DNA from: an uncultured Gammaproteobacteria bacterium | GTDB taxonomy: Bacteria; Patescibacteriota; Patescibacteriia; Patescibacteriales; JAGXOH01 | NCBI GenBank assembly: GCA_964585585.1 | Contig: CAZPEL010000001.1 | Span: 1-46,849 of the forward strand | Length of the DNA stretch: 46,849 nt | Direction: 5' to 3' | Part shown: one piece after another, positions 32,617-42,198 of the stretch | Layout of the letters: every line of letters starts with the position of its first letter | Position numbering within the stretch: the first letter of the stretch is position 1 | Notes under the pieces: model-generated | Database searches by the model: none | Seen by the model: only the letters and a program-made list of their open reading frames with translations | What the model was told of the DNA's origin: nothing | Made by a program: the position numbers and the translations under genes

Positions 32617-34149
32617 TCAAGTGTTTATTTCTTGTCGTTTTTTATCCATAATGATCGAGGCCAGCATCAGGGCGCCCAGACCCAGTGGATGATTCAGGTA
32701 AGGGGTAAAAAAATTTATCACTGCTATAACCGCTAAACTCACGATCACTCCGTTTATTAGGGCGGATCGAAATAGGTCTTTATTGGTCAACCCGTCCAGA
32801 ATGATCTTTCCTATAAGGAAAATATAGCAAAAAAGACCGAAAAAGCCCAGTTTTAACCAGATTCCTAACCAACCCCATTCAAAGGCGTAGGTAGTATATT
32901 TACCATCAGCCGTGCTTTCCAGTATTCGGGGATCATTGGATCTGTAGGTTACCGTGGTTCCAAACCCCCGCCCCAGGATCGGAGCTTCTTTTATTTCTGA
33001 CCATAATTCCGGCAAGAGATTCCATCTGGAGGATACCGCTGCTTCTCCACTTACGGAGCGAGCTCGATTTTTTATGGTATCGGCCGCATTGAAATTTCTG
33101 GTACTCCCCACCCCGGGAAATTTAACCACTATTATTATCAGAGCCAAACTCAAAACGCCCACAAGGAATAAGGCCGAAATATTCCATCCCAGTCGTTTCC
33201 AGCCGTATTTTTTTAATATCATCACCAAGGAGAATAGGAGACCCAAAAGACAACCGGCCCAAAAGCTTCGGGAAAAACTAAGTATTATCACGGTCGCCAG
33301 CGGTATTAAAGCGACAATATATAGCAGTATTTGTTTCTTTTCTTTGGGAGTGGGTTTTTTGATGATGGAGTCATAGATCTTATTGGCCAGAAATATAGTA
33401 ACAAAAAAGGCAATGACCAAAAAGATATGGGATTGAAAAAAGACCCGGGTAAAGCCGTCACTCATTTCCGTTACTTCACCTATTCCGGTGTTTCTAACCC
33501 AGTCATACAGAACATCCATCCAATTATAAATATTGTGAGAGAAAACAAAGACCAAAAAAAAGGACTTGAGCGCCAACCACAGAACACAGGCCAGGAATAT
33601 TTCAAACAAAGGCCTTAAAAAGTCTTTTTGTTTCCAAGATACTTCATATAAAGGTATGATCAGGGCCAGATAGAGCCAGCCATTGATGTCAAATAGAATA
33701 TTAGCCGTAGAGTTACCGCTTATAAACCCATTAAGACCTCCCCAGATTATGAACAGGGCCAATATAAGGAATAAAGAAAAATAAGAGGATTTTAATATTT
33801 TTAAAGGAAGTATTCTTTTTTCTTCTTGGTGTTTTTTTATGGTTTTATCCAGAAATTTTCCGGCCCAAACAGCTATCAGAATGACCCAGATGGCCATTCT
33901 GATAGAGATAGAAGCGCCACCGATATCAAAAGAGAACAGATAGCCCTGGGAACCTATAAAAAGTTCGGCCAAAGCAAGCCATAGGCCGTATTTGAGATCC
34001 TTAATGCTCAGGAAAAGCACTGCCGCTACGGCCAGAACAAAAAATATTTCTCCCAAAAAGGAAAAATAATTCGCCAAGAAAGAAAAACCCTCCACTATAA
34101 GAAGGCCTAAAAAAATGAATTTGAAATTGGAGCTTAGGATATTTTTCAT
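32617..34149 (-). CDS. O-antigen ligase / polymerase-like (Wzy_C) polytopic membrane protein
   Basis: 510 aa with more than 10 TM helices, the SFSRSFWAGCLLGL motif and a large periplasmic loop. Confidence 0.7.
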   Translation of the reverse strand: MKNILSSNFKFIFLGLLIVEGFSFLANYFSFLGEIFFVLAVAAVLFLSIKDLKYGLWLALAELFIGSQGYLFSFDIGGASISIRMAIWVILIAVWAGKFLDKTIKKHQEEKRILPLKILKSSYFSLFLILALFIIWGGLNGFISGNSTANILFDINGWLYLALIIPLYEVSWKQKDFLRPLFEIFLACVLWLALKSFFLVFVFSHNIYNWMDVLYDWVRNTGIGEVTEMSDGFTRVFFQSHIFLVIAFFVTIFLANKIYDSIIKKPTPKEKKQILLYIVALIPLATVIILSFSRSFWAGCLLGLLFSLVMILKKYGWKRLGWNISALFLVGVLSLALIIIVVKFPGVGSTRNFNAADTIKNRARSVSGEAAVSSRWNLLPELWSEIKEAPILGRGFGTTVTYRSNDPRILESTADGKYTTYAFEWGWLGIWLKLGFFGLFCYIFLIGKIILDGLTNKDLFRSALINGVIVSLAVIAVINFFTPYLNHPLGLGALMLASIIMDKKRQEINT

Positions 34150-34601
34150 TGGGGAATATTCAGGTCAATTTTATCTCCGACTTGGATATTGTATTTTTGG
34201 CAAGAGTTTCCGTTTAATTCCAGGACCAGGTCCACCGGCTGTCCGCTGGAATATTTTGTCCACGGTTCTTTTGCTTCCGGAGCTAGGTTTCTATCTATCT
34301 TAACAATTTTTTGATCTTTTATCCATACTATATCCAGGGGAAAGTTCATGCCCCGCATTACAAAAGTTCGGTTTTGAGCTTGTTCGTAAACAAACAGCAT
34401 GCCGCAGCTTGAGCAAAGATGCTCCCGGTTGCTAAGGCCTTGATACTTCTCTTGGGATGTTTGGGCCAATTCCAGGGAAAATTTTTGATTATTTATTTCC
34501 AGGCTTGAGGTGGCCTGGTTTGATTTACCGTTTTGACACCCCGAGACCAGTAAGCCGGCCAGAAGAAACATTGTTATCCCACGATGCATTCTTATTATCA
34601 T
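34146..34601 (-). CDS. DUF192 (COG1430) lipoprotein
   Basis: Lipobox LVSGC. Motifs MRGMNFPLDIVWI and ELNGNSCQKYNIQVGDKI. It has 4-nt overlaps with both neighbours. Confidence 0.75.
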   Translation of the reverse strand: MIIRMHRGITMFLLAGLLVSGCQNGKSNQATSSLEINNQKFSLELAQTSQEKYQGLSNREHLCSSCGMLFVYEQAQNRTFVMRGMNFPLDIVWIKDQKIVKIDRNLAPEAKEPWTKYSSGQPVDLVLELNGNSCQKYNIQVGDKIDLNIPQ

Positions 34602-35314
34602 TTTTTTTCTTCCAAGTTGTGTTTTTGTTTTATTTTTTCCACAGCTTGGTTATATTTTTTAACCGAAGGCAGGAAGGGCAAAAGTTTGTAGGCAAAAGAA
34701 GGCACCCAAGAGCTCATAGTCCCCCCGGGTTGAATGGTAAAAAGGATTTCATCTATCCAATAACCTATTTTTTCTTGTTCCAACATGGTTAACCATAAAT
34801 CCCAATCTTGGAGCTTAGTGATATCTTCATCCCAGCCGGATTCCGGGAAATCCTCTTTTCGGATCAACCCCATGGTATGAATATAGGGGCCTTGTTTTAG
34901 TTTTTCCTTGTCAAAGGGGCCGACTCGGAATACTTTCCCCCCCCACTTAAATGAAGGATAAACATAGCTGGCGTCCGGGGTTTGCTCCAAAGTGTTAAGC
35001 ATTTTTTCCAGAGCATGGGGTTTTAGGATGGCGTCGGCATCACAGAAGAACAAATATTCCCCGGAAGCGGCTCGATAGCCCTGGTTTCTGGCCGCCGGCG
35101 CCCCTTTGTTGGTTTTGTGGATAAAAACCCGGATCCGCATCCCTTTTTCCTTCATAGGAGGGATATAATCTTCTATTATTTTTTGGGTGTCATCAGTGGA
35201 GCCGTCGTTGATTATGATCAACTCCAGGTCTTGGCAGGTTTGGTTCTCAAGACTTTGCAGGGCTTGTTTTAGCTTGTCTCCTTGATTGTAAACGGGAATA
35301 ATAACGGATATCAT
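34598..35314 (-). CDS. Family 2 glycosyltransferase
   Basis: ISVIIPVYNQ...LELIIINDGSTDDT and the FFCDADA (DxD) motif. Confidence 0.9.
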   Translation of the reverse strand: MISVIIPVYNQGDKLKQALQSLENQTCQDLELIIINDGSTDDTQKIIEDYIPPMKEKGMRIRVFIHKTNKGAPAARNQGYRAASGEYLFFCDADAILKPHALEKMLNTLEQTPDASYVYPSFKWGGKVFRVGPFDKEKLKQGPYIHTMGLIRKEDFPESGWDEDITKLQDWDLWLTMLEQEKIGYWIDEILFTIQPGGTMSSWVPSFAYKLLPFLPSVKKYNQAVEKIKQKHNLEEKK

Positions 35315-35315
35315 A

Positions 35316-36440
35316 TCAATAATTTAAGAAATAATTTATCTTGCGGATCTTTTGGGGCCAGGAAAATTCTTGTTTTACTCGGTGTTTCCCCTTTTGTCCC
35401 AAATTGTAACGCAATTTTGAATTTCGGGCCAATTTTAAGATGGCTTCTCGGATTTCCCGGGTGTTTTCCGGATCGACCATTAGACCGTTCACTTCATGAC
35501 GGACAGCATCTCCGACGCCGCCGCTATGTCCGGCTATGACCGGCTTGGCCATGGCGTTGGCCTCCAGGTAAACTATACCAAAGCCCTCAAAGTCTCCTTG
35601 GACCTCCCGGGCCGGCATTATGAATATATCACAGAGTTGCAGTAAGTGCCATTTTTCTTCCTCCTCTACATCCCCCCAAAAGAAGACCTTTTCTTGGTCG
35701 GCACCCAACTTCTGTTTTTTTTGGAGCAAATATTCCTCCTCTGGTCCGCTTCCGGCCACGAAATATTTGATATTACCCTTTTCCGCCCATACTTGGGGCA
35801 AGGCCTCCAAGACCTTGTCCACCCCCTTTCTTTTGACCAACCTGCCCAGAGTTAACAAAAGAATATCTTTCTCCGGGTCATAATGATCTGGGAATTTTTT
35901 TTGGATATTTTTATTTTGGCTTGGTTCTACCGGGGATAGTCCGGGGTTGACCACTTTTATTTTTAAACTCTGTTGAACTCCGAGTTCTTTCTTTATTAAA
36001 GAGGCCACATAAGTGTTGCCGCAGATTATCTTGTCGGCCCGGTTTAATATTTTCCGGGCCATATTCCTTTTTCTCTTCTTTTTTAAGGCCCAGGTCCAAT
36101 CCATGCCGTGGATAATGACCGCATATCGGAATTTCATCAGAAAAGACAAATAATAACTCACTATCCCTAAAGGCAAGATCTGGCCGACCAGGATATGGGT
36201 ATATTTTGATTTTCGAATCCTTTGGGCCAGATGCCAGAAACCGGGCAACCAGCGCGGCCTTAGCCAAGAGGATAAAAGTTTTTTTCTGGTTATTTTTTCT
36301 TCTTTGGTGTTATTCCAAGCGCCGGGAACAGTTAAAACCCCGATCCGGGAGTCGGGCCAGTTTTGGACCAGGTTGTGATAATAGTTGGACACTCCCCCTT
36401 TCTGGGGCGGATACTCCAAGGTAAAAAGCAAGGTCTTCAT
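35316..36440 (-). CDS. Family 4 (GT-B) glycosyltransferase
   Basis: GFGIVYLEANAMAKPVIAGHSGGVGDAV..NG. Confidence 0.9.
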   Translation of the reverse strand: MKTLLFTLEYPPQKGGVSNYYHNLVQNWPDSRIGVLTVPGAWNNTKEEKITRKKLLSSWLRPRWLPGFWHLAQRIRKSKYTHILVGQILPLGIVSYYLSFLMKFRYAVIIHGMDWTWALKKKRKRNMARKILNRADKIICGNTYVASLIKKELGVQQSLKIKVVNPGLSPVEPSQNKNIQKKFPDHYDPEKDILLLTLGRLVKRKGVDKVLEALPQVWAEKGNIKYFVAGSGPEEEYLLQKKQKLGADQEKVFFWGDVEEEEKWHLLQLCDIFIMPAREVQGDFEGFGIVYLEANAMAKPVIAGHSGGVGDAVRHEVNGLMVDPENTREIREAILKLARNSKLRYNLGQKGKHRVKQEFSWPQKIRKINYFLNY

Positions 36441-36441
36441 A

Positions 36442-37893
36442 TCAGCTGGATGTTCCTTTTTTAAAAAAGGAGTTGTAAATACTTATAATATCTTGTTTGG
36501 AAAACCCTCCTATCAAGAAAAGAACGGCAAAATAGAAAACAGCTCCTAAAGGAACTATAACAAATACATTGAGCCGGCTTTTTAAATAAAACACCAGTAG
36601 CCCCATGGCCGCTACTGCCAGTAGCACCTTGGCCAAGGTGATCAGGATCCTTTTGCGGTTATAATCAAGGGTTTTTTCCACCCAGTAAAAGCCGAGCAGG
36701 GTCATAAGAAAGTTGGTCACCAAAACGGTTATACTGGCCCCCAGGGCCTGAAAATGAGGTATCAAAATTAGGTTCATTCCTATACTCAGAGCCGCCACTA
36801 TCCCCATATTAAGGGTATTGAATTTTTGCCGGTCACAGGCGTTGAGCAGGGAGCCAATGGGGAAATTTATAAAAATAAAGAGCAGGGCCAAGATTATTAT
36901 CTGCATGGGCAGAATCGCGGCGGTATAATCGGCCTTAAAGATCATTATTATCTTATCGGCCAGCACTATCACTCCAGCGCTTATAGGTATGGATATTATC
37001 ATTAAGTAATTTATAGCCCTTTCAAAGGATATGGCCAATTGTTTTCGGTTGTGAAGCCAGTAATAACTCATGGCCGGATACAGGGAGGCCACAAAGGCCA
37101 GGGGTAAAAATTGGAGGGCAAAAACTATTTTAAAGGCTATTTGGTAGTATCCTACTTGCTTGTCTCCGGACAGAATGGACAAAAGCACCGTGTCCAAGTG
37201 CATATAAAATCTTTGAAACAAGGCGAATAAACCAAAAGGAACCGCCAGCTTGGCCAAAGAAGAGATCAATTCTTTGTTGTAGATCGGCTTTATGACCAGA
37301 CGCAGTTTTTTCCAGATGACCAGAGAAGAAAATAAAAAGTGAAACACACTGGCCGTGACCATGGCTCCCATAACCCAAAGCAGGTTCAGTCCGTTATAGA
37401 TCGCGGTTAAGCCCAGAATCAGGACGATTATTTGAAAGGCCACTGCGCCCATACTTTCAAAGATCAGATTATGAAAACCCCTTACCACGGCAAAAAAAGT
37501 GGTGGTAAAGGAATCCAAGACCATACAGATACAGGACAAATAAACCAAGTGAGTGGTCAAGGGAGGATAATCCAATAAATGGATAATGGCAATAGCCGCT
37601 CCGATCGTGGCCAGGGCCAGAGGTATTTTGATGGCCACCACTGTTCCCAACAATTGCTGGGCCTTGTCCTTGGTCTTGGCCACTTCCCGCATCAGGACAT
37701 TGATCAGCCCCAGGTCTATAAAAATGGCAAAGACCGTGGTAAAGGAAATGGCAAAATAATACTTCCCCAGATTCTCCGGCCCCAAGTTCCTGGCCAGTAA
37801 GGTGAAATAGGTAAAGGAAATTATCTTCTGCAGGACCAGGGCGGAGGTTAGGTAGGAAGTATTCTTGGCTATATTATTGATCTTTACCGGCAT
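36442..37893 (-). CDS. Wzx-type polysaccharide flippase (MOP superfamily)
   Basis: 483 aa with about 14 TM helices. The N-terminus NTSYLTSALVLQKIISFTYFTLLARNLGPENLG is typical. Confidence 0.85.
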   Translation of the reverse strand: MPVKINNIAKNTSYLTSALVLQKIISFTYFTLLARNLGPENLGKYYFAISFTTVFAIFIDLGLINVLMREVAKTKDKAQQLLGTVVAIKIPLALATIGAAIAIIHLLDYPPLTTHLVYLSCICMVLDSFTTTFFAVVRGFHNLIFESMGAVAFQIIVLILGLTAIYNGLNLLWVMGAMVTASVFHFLFSSLVIWKKLRLVIKPIYNKELISSLAKLAVPFGLFALFQRFYMHLDTVLLSILSGDKQVGYYQIAFKIVFALQFLPLAFVASLYPAMSYYWLHNRKQLAISFERAINYLMIISIPISAGVIVLADKIIMIFKADYTAAILPMQIIILALLFIFINFPIGSLLNACDRQKFNTLNMGIVAALSIGMNLILIPHFQALGASITVLVTNFLMTLLGFYWVEKTLDYNRKRILITLAKVLLAVAAMGLLVFYLKSRLNVFVIVPLGAVFYFAVLFLIGGFSKQDIISIYNSFFKKGTSS

Positions 37894-38018
37894 AATTTTT
37901 TAGCGCAACTTTAAGTATGTTCAGTATATCATTATTCAAAGCTTAAAAGCAATAAAACCGGAACGCGCCGCCTAAAAGTTGAATTCCGGGGTATCCCCCC
38001 TCTTTTTATTACCAGCCC

Positions 38019-38047
38019 TTGATTAATTTGGAATATTATGTTAGTAT
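38019..38047 (+). promoter_or_regulatory. Sigma-70-like promoter for rpmE-prfA-prmC
   Basis: TTGATT, 17-nt spacer, TAGTAT. A second TATAAT sits at 38053-38058. Confidence 0.35.
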
Positions 38048-38071
38048 TTTTCTATAATTAAAAAGTAAAAG

Positions 38072-38374
38072 TTGATCGCTATGAAAAAGGATATTCATCC
38101 CCAATATCACGAAAATGTTAAGGTTACTTGCGTCTGCGGCAATAGTTTTACCACCGGTTCCACTAAAGAAGAATTGAAAGTGGAGATCTGTGCCAATTGC
38201 CATCCTTTTTATACCGGTAAGCAGAAATTGGTCGATTCCACCCAAAGAGTGGAAAAATTCCAAGCCAAAATGAAGGCCCAGGAAGAAGTATCCAAGACCA
38301 AGAAGGGCAAAAGGGCTAAGAGACAGGCTCAAGCGGAAAAAAGGCGGGAAAAGGAAGCTAAAAATAAGAAATAA
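38072..38374 (+). CDS. rpmE: 50S ribosomal protein L31 (Zn-ribbon type A) with a basic C-terminal extension
   Basis: [29 protein letters not shown], followed by a Lys/Arg-rich tail of about 35 aa. Confidence 0.95.
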   Translation: MIAMKKDIHPQYHENVKVTCVCGNSFTTGSTKEELKVEICANCHPFYTGKQKLVDSTQRVEKFQAKMKAQEEVSKTKKGKRAKRQAQAEKRREKEAKNKK

Positions 38375-38386
38375 CCAGTTTTTATA

Positions 38387-38436
38387 AACGGCTGTTTGAT
38401 CATGGAGGGCATGGATCCGAAGGCAGTCGTTTTTTA
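38387..38436 (+). terminator. Terminator/attenuator hairpin between rpmE and prfA
   Basis: aacggctg...cagtcgtt stem (one G-U) enclosing a second imperfect stem, then TTTTTT. Confidence 0.4.
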
Positions 38437-38452
38437 ATATCGAAACCATAAT

Positions 38453-39499
38453 ATGTACGAGGACATAAAACAAAAATTTCAGGAGTTGGAGCAAGAATTA
38501 TCTCGGCCGGATATCGGCAATGATGTGGATAAGTTATCTCAGGTATCCAAGGAGCATGCTTACTACAAGAAATTAATGGATATGATATCCCAATTAGAGC
38601 AGATCCGGTCCAGTATTGAAGAGAATGAAAAGATCTTACAAGAAGAAGCCGAAGAGGATATAAAAAACATGGCCCAAGAGGAACTCCCTTCTTTAAAACA
38701 AAAACAAGAGGAATTACAGGAACAAATAGAAGAAGAGCTTCATCCGGATGACCCTAATGATAAAAAAAATGTGATCATGGAGATCCGGGCCGGAACCGGC
38801 GGAGATGAATCCGCTCTTTTCGCCGGAGATCTGTTTCGGATGTATTCCCGGTATGCGGAAAAAATGGGCTGGAAATTGGAGATACTGGACTCTAACCGGG
38901 CTGATATCGGCGGTTACAAAGAGATCATTTTTATGATCAAGGGAGAGAACGCTTATAAGAATTTGAAATTCGAGGGTGGAGCTCATCGAGTGCAAAGAGT
39001 TCCGGAAACGGAGAAAAGCGGTCGGATACACACTTCAGCCACAACTGTGGCTGTTATGCCCGAGGCCGAGGAAGTGGATGTTGAGATCAAGGACGGTGAT
39101 CTGAGAATAGATACTTATTCCGCCTCCGGACCCGGCGGCCAGAGCGTGAATACCAGCAACTCAGCGGTTCGGATCACTCACGAACCCACCGGCATAATAG
39201 CCCAGTGCCAGGACGAGAAATCCCAACAACAGAACAAAGAACGGGCTATGCAGATATTGCGGGCCAGGTTATTGGCCAAGATCCAGGAAGAAGAAAAGGA
39301 ATCCGAGGAGCAGGCCCGCAGAGCCCAAGTGGGAACCGGTGACCGAAGTGAAAAGATCCGGACCTACAATTTTCCTCAGGACAGATTGACCGACCATAGG
39401 ATCAAAAAGTCCTGGAACAATTTGGAATCAATTCTCAACGGAGAAATAGAAGATATGATTTCTTCCCTACAGCAAGCGGCCAAGGACTTGAATCAATAA
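38453..39499 (+). CDS. prfA: Peptide chain release factor 1
   Basis: [27 protein letters not shown] (PxT-type anticodon motif) and [10 protein letters not shown] (GGQ). Confidence 0.95.
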   Translation: MYEDIKQKFQELEQELSRPDIGNDVDKLSQVSKEHAYYKKLMDMISQLEQIRSSIEENEKILQEEAEEDIKNMAQEELPSLKQKQEELQEQIEEELHPDDPNDKKNVIMEIRAGTGGDESALFAGDLFRMYSRYAEKMGWKLEILDSNRADIGGYKEIIFMIKGENAYKNLKFEGGAHRVQRVPETEKSGRIHTSATTVAVMPEAEEVDVEIKDGDLRIDTYSASGPGGQSVNTSNSAVRITHEPTGIIAQCQDEKSQQQNKERAMQILRARLLAKIQEEEKESEEQARRAQVGTGDRSEKIRTYNFPQDRLTDHRIKKSWNNLESILNGEIEDMISSLQQAAKDLNQ

Positions 39500-39509
39500 T
39501 TTTAAAAAT

Positions 39510-40391
39510 ATGTCTACTATCAGGCAATTATTGCAGAAAGGCAAGAGCAGTCTTTCTTTTCAGGGTATTTCCACTCCGGAGTTGGATTCCGAAGTTTTGC
39601 TTGCCCACGCCTTGTTAAAATCCCGTGAATTCATCCATACCTACCCTCGAGAGCCGGTGGCTCCGGAAGAGGTAAAAGAGTTTTTGCAATTATTAAAAAG
39701 AAGGCGTCGGGGCGAACCCTTGGCCTATATCGTCGGTTATAAGGATTTTTACGGAATGAGGTTTGTAGTGAACAAAAATGTTTTAGTGCCTCGACCGGAG
39801 ACCGAGATTTTGGTCAGGGAGGTTTTGGCCTCTGTTCCCGGAGAAAGGAATTTTAATATTTGGGATATCGGAACCGGTAGCGGTTGTATAGGCATAGCTT
39901 TAGCTAAAATTTTGGAGAAACAAAATAACCTCCAAAAGGTTTATGCCATTGATATAAGCAAAAGAGCTTTGAAAATGGCTCAAAAGAATTGCACCCAACA
40001 TCGAGCCGAGAAAAAAGTGGAATTGATCCATTCCGATCTCTTAAAAACGATCTTGAAAAATCCGGATAAATACAAAATGGCCTTTCGGGATTTCAATGTA
40101 GTGGCGGCCAACCTACCTTATTTAACAGAAAAGGATTATCGTCATTCCCCCACTATCCAAAAAGAACCCCAAAAGGCCTTGAAGGCCTCGGAAAATGGTT
40201 TGCGTTGTTATAGGAGACTTCTGGAGCAGATCAAAAAGATAGAATCGTCTTTTTTGGTGATAGTGGAGATCAATCCGGAGCAAGTGCCCTTATTAAAGGA
40301 AATGGTGGCCTCGATCCTGCCTCGGGCCAAATTAGAGATCAAAACCGATCTTTCCGGCCAGGATCGGGTGGCCAGGATAACTATTTTTTAA
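39510..40391 (+). CDS. prmC: Release-factor glutamine N5-methyltransferase (PrmC/HemK)
   Basis: Motifs PLAYIVGYKDFYG, LVPRPETE and DIGTGSGCIG. The catalytic motif reads NLPY. Confidence 0.9.
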   Translation: MSTIRQLLQKGKSSLSFQGISTPELDSEVLLAHALLKSREFIHTYPREPVAPEEVKEFLQLLKRRRRGEPLAYIVGYKDFYGMRFVVNKNVLVPRPETEILVREVLASVPGERNFNIWDIGTGSGCIGIALAKILEKQNNLQKVYAIDISKRALKMAQKNCTQHRAEKKVELIHSDLLKTILKNPDKYKMAFRDFNVVAANLPYLTEKDYRHSPTIQKEPQKALKASENGLRCYRRLLEQIKKIESSFLVIVEINPEQVPLLKEMVASILPRAKLEIKTDLSGQDRVARITIF

Positions 40392-41466
40392 TTTTATTTT
40401 TAAAGGAATTTCTTAAAATCTCGATCCAGGTGGTCCCCGGATTTAATTTTATCTCTTGATCCCGGTGATAGTATTTAGTTCTGGAGGCGGTGGTGGTTTT
40501 TCTCCATTCGATCGGAGAACAGGCGCCATCTTGGCAGATAAAACCATTCCCCTCTCCGGTCGTATCCAGCCGTAGTCTTAATTTATCATCAACAACCTCC
40601 ATAGAAGTGAAGTGAATGATTATATTGGCGGCTTTAATATCTTGATCGCCCTCAGAGTGGACCCGATTGTTTAAATATCTGGTATAGAGATTGGATTCTT
40701 TATTATACCTCCACTCCACTTGATACCCTTTGTCAAAGGGTATTTTTATTATTTGCCCCTCTCCCCTTTTTTCCAAAGAAGCCGGAGATTTGAAGTCCCA
40801 ACTTATGTATTTGCCTTGCCTTAGGCCTTGTTTTTTCAGATATTTCTTCAGGTCGGCGGAAGAAGTGAAGATGTTGTGCGGAGCGGTCCTGTTTTGGCCT
40901 CGCTCGAAATATTGGGAATTATAGAATTCGTTAAGATTTTTTGTATTTCCGGCGGCCAGCCGGGCCAAAGCGGCCGGGCTGCCGCCGCAATGAACAAAAA
41001 GAGCGGAAAGCCCTTGGGCCCAATCCAAAAAATAAGGCCGGGCGCTTCTTACGGGCCCGACCTTGTCTATGTCTTGATCTCCGGCGAATATGGCCAAATA
41101 TCTGGTGATACCACCCTCTACTTCGGTTTCATAGACCAAGTTGGCCCGGCTCAAGCCGGATGAGGGCCTGGCTTGGACATGGTTATCTATCATTACCGCC
41201 ACCGGATAAGGATTGGAGTTATGAGGCGGGACCAGTCGGCCGTCGATCAACCTTCGGACACAATCAGGACAATCAGGTCCGGCTTGTTCCGGTTTTACCA
41301 GATCATTGTAAGCATGCTTTAATTTTGGTTTTATCGGAGATGAGCTCGGGGTCAGGGATAAACAAAGTATTATTCCCACCAGAACAATTCCCAAAACAAC
41401 CCCCGACACCCAAGCGCAGGTTTTCCAAAAGAATTTTTTATTGGCTATAAAGGAGTTTAAAGCCAT
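40381..41466 (-). CDS. DUF3048 (YerB-like) membrane-anchored protein
   Basis: Motifs PVAVMIDNH..ARP.SGLSRANLVYETEVEGGITRYLAIF and VRSARPYFLDWA. Confidence 0.8.
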   Translation of the reverse strand: MALNSFIANKKFFWKTCAWVSGVVLGIVLVGIILCLSLTPSSSPIKPKLKHAYNDLVKPEQAGPDCPDCVRRLIDGRLVPPHNSNPYPVAVMIDNHVQARPSSGLSRANLVYETEVEGGITRYLAIFAGDQDIDKVGPVRSARPYFLDWAQGLSALFVHCGGSPAALARLAAGNTKNLNEFYNSQYFERGQNRTAPHNIFTSSADLKKYLKKQGLRQGKYISWDFKSPASLEKRGEGQIIKIPFDKGYQVEWRYNKESNLYTRYLNNRVHSEGDQDIKAANIIIHFTSMEVVDDKLRLRLDTTGEGNGFICQDGACSPIEWRKTTTASRTKYYHRDQEIKLNPGTTWIEILRNSFKNKIKK

Positions 41467-41491
41467 TTATTAAAAGATGGTGATAAAAGCA

Positions 41492-42151
41492 TTATTGTTC
41501 GGTTTCTTCTTCGGTTTGTTCCGGAGTTTCTTCAGCAGCTTCCTCGCCCTCGCCCTCGGCTTCAGCTTCAGCTTCCTCTTCCTCTTCTTCCTTGGGGGGC
41601 GTAGTGGTGACCACTACTTCTTCCGGGTCGGTGCTTATTTCAATACCTTTGGGGACCTGGATGTCGCCCACTTTGATGTCGTCGTCAAAGGTTTGCAGCC
41701 CGGATATATCCACTTCTATCTCGTGGACCAGGTCAGCGGGCAAACATTCCACCTCTACTGAATCCAGGTTTTTGGTAAGATAACCACCCTCTTCTTTAAC
41801 GGTTCTGGCTTCTCCGACAAACCGCAAAGGTATTTCGGTGTAGATCTTTTCATCCATTTTAACTTGATAAAAATCGGCATGGGTTACCTCCCCCTGGATC
41901 GGATTTTTTTGGATATCCTTGATCAGGATCTTTCCGGGTTTTTCTTCTTCGGTTTGCAGATTGATCAAACTGGATTCTCCGGCCTGATTATAGATCTTTT
42001 CGAATTCACCCTTTCTTACTTTTAAGGATAAACTTTTATCCAGTGAAGGACCATACAAAACCACCGGAATAAATCCTTCCCGTCTGGTTTGCTTCGGTGT
42101 TTCTTCTTCGCCTTTTCTGTAAAAGGCCTGTAAATTGAATTCTTCTCCCAT
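41492..42151 (-). CDS. 50S ribosomal protein L25 / Ctc form, with an acidic tail
   Basis: REGFIPVVLYG.. and two beta-barrel domains. The last 32 aa or so are nearly all Glu/Ala/Thr. Confidence 0.9.
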   Translation of the reverse strand: MGEEFNLQAFYRKGEEETPKQTRREGFIPVVLYGPSLDKSLSLKVRKGEFEKIYNQAGESSLINLQTEEEKPGKILIKDIQKNPIQGEVTHADFYQVKMDEKIYTEIPLRFVGEARTVKEEGGYLTKNLDSVEVECLPADLVHEIEVDISGLQTFDDDIKVGDIQVPKGIEISTDPEEVVVTTTPPKEEEEEEAEAEAEGEGEEAAEETPEQTEEETEQ

Positions 42152-42198
42152 AAGTTATGGTAATCCCGTAGCTTTTTGGATCTCAAAAAGGTGCGGGA

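Noticed and set aside
38036-38494. A 152-aa minus-strand ORF spanning the rpmE locus.
   Set aside because: It overlaps the unmistakable L31 gene and the prfA start on the opposite strand. It has no SD and no motifs, so it is a shadow ORF. The same reasoning applies to the other antisense ORFs in the track, for example 945-1331, 13361-13720, 15436-15951, 29566-29967, 30094-30504, 31312-31731 and 44721-44987.
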